Notes under the pieces: generated by a model
Told to the model about the DNA's origin: nothing
Database searches by the model: none
What the model saw: the letters and a program-made list of their open reading frames with translations, nothing else
Source of the DNA: Bdellovibrionales bacterium
Lineage (GTDB): Bacteria; Bdellovibrionota; Bdellovibrionia; Bdellovibrionales; UBA1609
Length of the DNA stretch: 64,000 bases
Assembly (NCBI GenBank): GCA_965261545.1
Contig: CBDHDF010000007.1
Coordinates: 480,001-544,000, forward strand
Reading direction: 5' to 3'
Shown here: positions 61,970 through 64,000 of the stretch, piece after piece
How positions within the stretch are numbered: position 1 is the stretch's first letter
How the letters are laid out: every line of letters begins with the position of its first letter
Program-made: the position numbers and the translations under genes

Positions 61970-63549
61970 TTTCCGTTTTATGTAAGTAACTGAATTTACA
62001 CGGATTATGTTTGATGGACTCCATTTTAAAGCATAAAATCTAAAGGGAAGGCATGTAAATACTTAAAACTACTTAACTTTCTTCCCTGGACAGGAACTAG
62101 GTAGTTTTGAGAGTAATAGCATAACTCTCTACGATAGGCTTTATTTATCTACAGAGATTATTAAGGCCCATGCTCAAGCCAGTAACTTCTTTATTGCGCG
62201 TTGTAAGCGAGGCTCTACTTTTATCCCCATCGTAAATTTATTTAATGGCCCAGGTTGGTATTCACAAATGGTTATTGAGGGGGTGGTCATTCATCTCTAT
62301 AAGTATAAAAACCCAAAGACTGGGGAGTTCTCTGTTTTGGCCACTAATCTTCCGCATGGCTCCTTGGACAAGAAGGATATGGTTGCTCTTTACTCTCGTC
62401 GTTGGGAAATAGAAACGACATTTCGTGATTTTACATCGACAATGAAAATGGAGCAGTGGCACTCAACAAGCCTTAATGGAATATTGCAAGAGCTGTATTC
62501 TTATTTTTGGCTCTTCAATTATACAAAGATTCAAATGAGCATAAATGAGGATGAAGACAGTGTGAATCAGTTGGTAAAAAATGACTACAAAAAACCTAAC
62601 TTTAAACTGATTCTTGATTTCATAATGGATAGCATCCCCCTTTTTGTTGCGGGGCTCTATCAGAAATTTAGGAAGCAGATAAAGTTGCTGATGAAGATTT
62701 CAATGGAGAAGAGGAGGCACTTCAAAAGAAGCTATGAAAGGTCTATCAAAAGGGCTGGGAGTTCTTTTAAAAGAAATAGCTTAACGCAGAGGCAGAGGGG
62801 TGTGGTGGCTTAAGGAAACGGCATTGATCTCTGTACGAATCCAGACCTCTCGATCACCGACCTGTACAGGTACTGCCTCAACCTTAAGTAAATCTTGCAT
62901 GGCTTCAGCGACAGTGAGAGGGCGAGTCTTAATATCCCCACTTTCTACTGCTGAACTTTTTAGAGTAGCGTACCCTTGTGGGGTTTTAACCTTTCTAATG
63001 TACATATCTACATTAACTACAAAATAAAGAGAAAAATCAATAAAAATGTCTCATGTCATATATATAGAATATTGAATCACTTTAAAACTCCACTACATTA
63101 TTTTCTGTAAAAGAGCTAATTTCGGGCTGAAATGTCGATAGGTTTGAGTAGAGCACTTTTGACACATATGCTGCTGTCAAACTCGGGGAGCCTATGGGAA
63201 TCTTTTTTCTTTTGGTCTTAATTTGACCTGTAAGCTCATCCTTTCTTCCAAGGTAGATGCGTTTTTGCCTGGCCTGCTTTTTTTCCTTGTCCCAAAAGCT
63301 TTCAACTTTATAGACATAGGTTTTTCCCTTATTTTTTTGCTCAAAAGTGTATGACATCGTTAATATTGTAACTATGCTTTTGAAGAGATGACAATCTCTT
63401 AATCAAAGTGAAGGCCTTCTCAGACAATAATCAGGACTTAAATCCTACACCTAGTTACAACTTTTAGGGATTTCAGGGAGATAATACGAAGCTTCTTTTT
63501 TTGGCATTTATACATTTATGGAAGTTTAAAAAAGGAAAATCCGGGAAGT

Positions 63550-64000
63550 TTAAAAGGGGAAACCTCCTCGCCCCATGCCACCTTTTATTCCACCTTTCAT
63601 CATCTTGGACATAAGACGCTTGGTTTGTTCAAAGTTCTTGATAAATTGATTCACATCTCTCACTTCTGTTCCACTCCCCTTGGCGATGCGAAGTCTTCTT
63701 GATCCATTGAGAATTTGGTGATGACGACGCTCCTTAGGTGTCATCGAAGAAATAATGGCTTCGATTTTAGTCACCTCCTTGTCGGGTGGAGTCATATTTT
63801 TTACTTGCTTCATAAGCTGGCCAGCTCCTGGGAGCATCTTCAAAATACTTTCCATTCCCCCCATTTTTTTTATCATCTTAATTTGCTTAAGAAAGTCCTC
63901 CACTGTGAACTGATTTTTGGCCATTTTCTTGGCAGCGGCCGTGGCCTCTTTTTCACTCACCAGGCCATCCACTCTCTCCACAAGACTGAGAACATCCCCC
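63550..64000 (-). CDS. ffh: Signal recognition particle protein, M domain (5'-partial)
   Basis: FTVEDFLKQ, EAIISSMTPKER, SRRLRIAKGSG. Confidence 0.96.
   Translation of the reverse strand, partial: GDVLSLVERVDGLVSEKEATAAAKKMAKNQFTVEDFLKQIKMIKKMGGMESILKMLPGAGQLMKQVKNMTPPDKEVTKIEAIISSMTPKERRHHQILNGSRRLRIAKGSGTEVRDVNQFIKNFEQTKRLMSKMMKGGIKGGMGRGGFPF

Larger units (their letters stand above)
55594..62098 (-). mobile_element. ISNCY-type element, copy 2 (inverted; transposase split into 59650-59202 and 56750-55829)
   Basis: Reverse complement of 43244-45390 with two nested insertions; aggt on both sides. Confidence 0.92.
54901..62826 (+). mobile_element. Degenerate IS4-family element, copy 2
   Basis: Same TIRs and lesions as 42551-46117; 10-bp TSD atctctgtac. 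Confidence 0.93.
52760..63187 (-). mobile_element. Short non-autonomous IS1634-type element (about 0.6 kb net) of a second subfamily
   Basis: TIRs cccgagtttgacagcagcat / atgctgctgtcaaactcggg; N-terminal MYIRKVK fused to C-terminal WIRTEIKGNAHALFKAV. Confidence 0.8.
52418..63477 (-). mobile_element. Outer IS1634 copy (internally deleted) enclosing an 11-kb nest
   Basis: TIR cctgaaatccctaaaagttgtaactagg at both ends; 6-bp TSD gagata; tnp 5' piece 63188-63357 and 3' piece 52576-52756. Confidence 0.92.

Overview
Bacterial chromosomal window whose core gene content and order suggest Bdellovibrionota (inference). Core genes: a divergent EF-G paralogue, pilHI-like ABC/pilD/pilMNOPQ, carA-carB(frameshifted)-pyrB, nagZ, a TadG-like gene, thrS-infC-fabD-fabG-acpP-fabF-rpiB, pdxA, an S8 protease, khpA-rpsP and ffh. 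Three AT-rich islands of nested mobile elements (about 23.3-28.6, 42.1-48.2 and 52.4-63.5 kb) could mostly be resolved to base-pair ends and target duplications. They contain IS1634, IS4, IS256 and ISNCY-type elements, an 89-bp MITE, a fragmented group II intron sitting in an IS256 terminal repeat, and a 2.45-kb large-serine-recombinase element. The top finding is that recombinase element: its first ORF has no start codon before its conserved N-terminal motif when integrated, but joining the two ends (excision circle) supplies an RBS and ATG in frame, so a 124-aa gene exists only in the circular state. Also notable: an ISNCY element at the identical base of two IS4 copies in opposite orientations, an orphan solute-binding gene between 80-bp inverted repeats, and low-complexity repeat expansions in many housekeeping proteins. 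Family names come from recognised motifs, not database searches.
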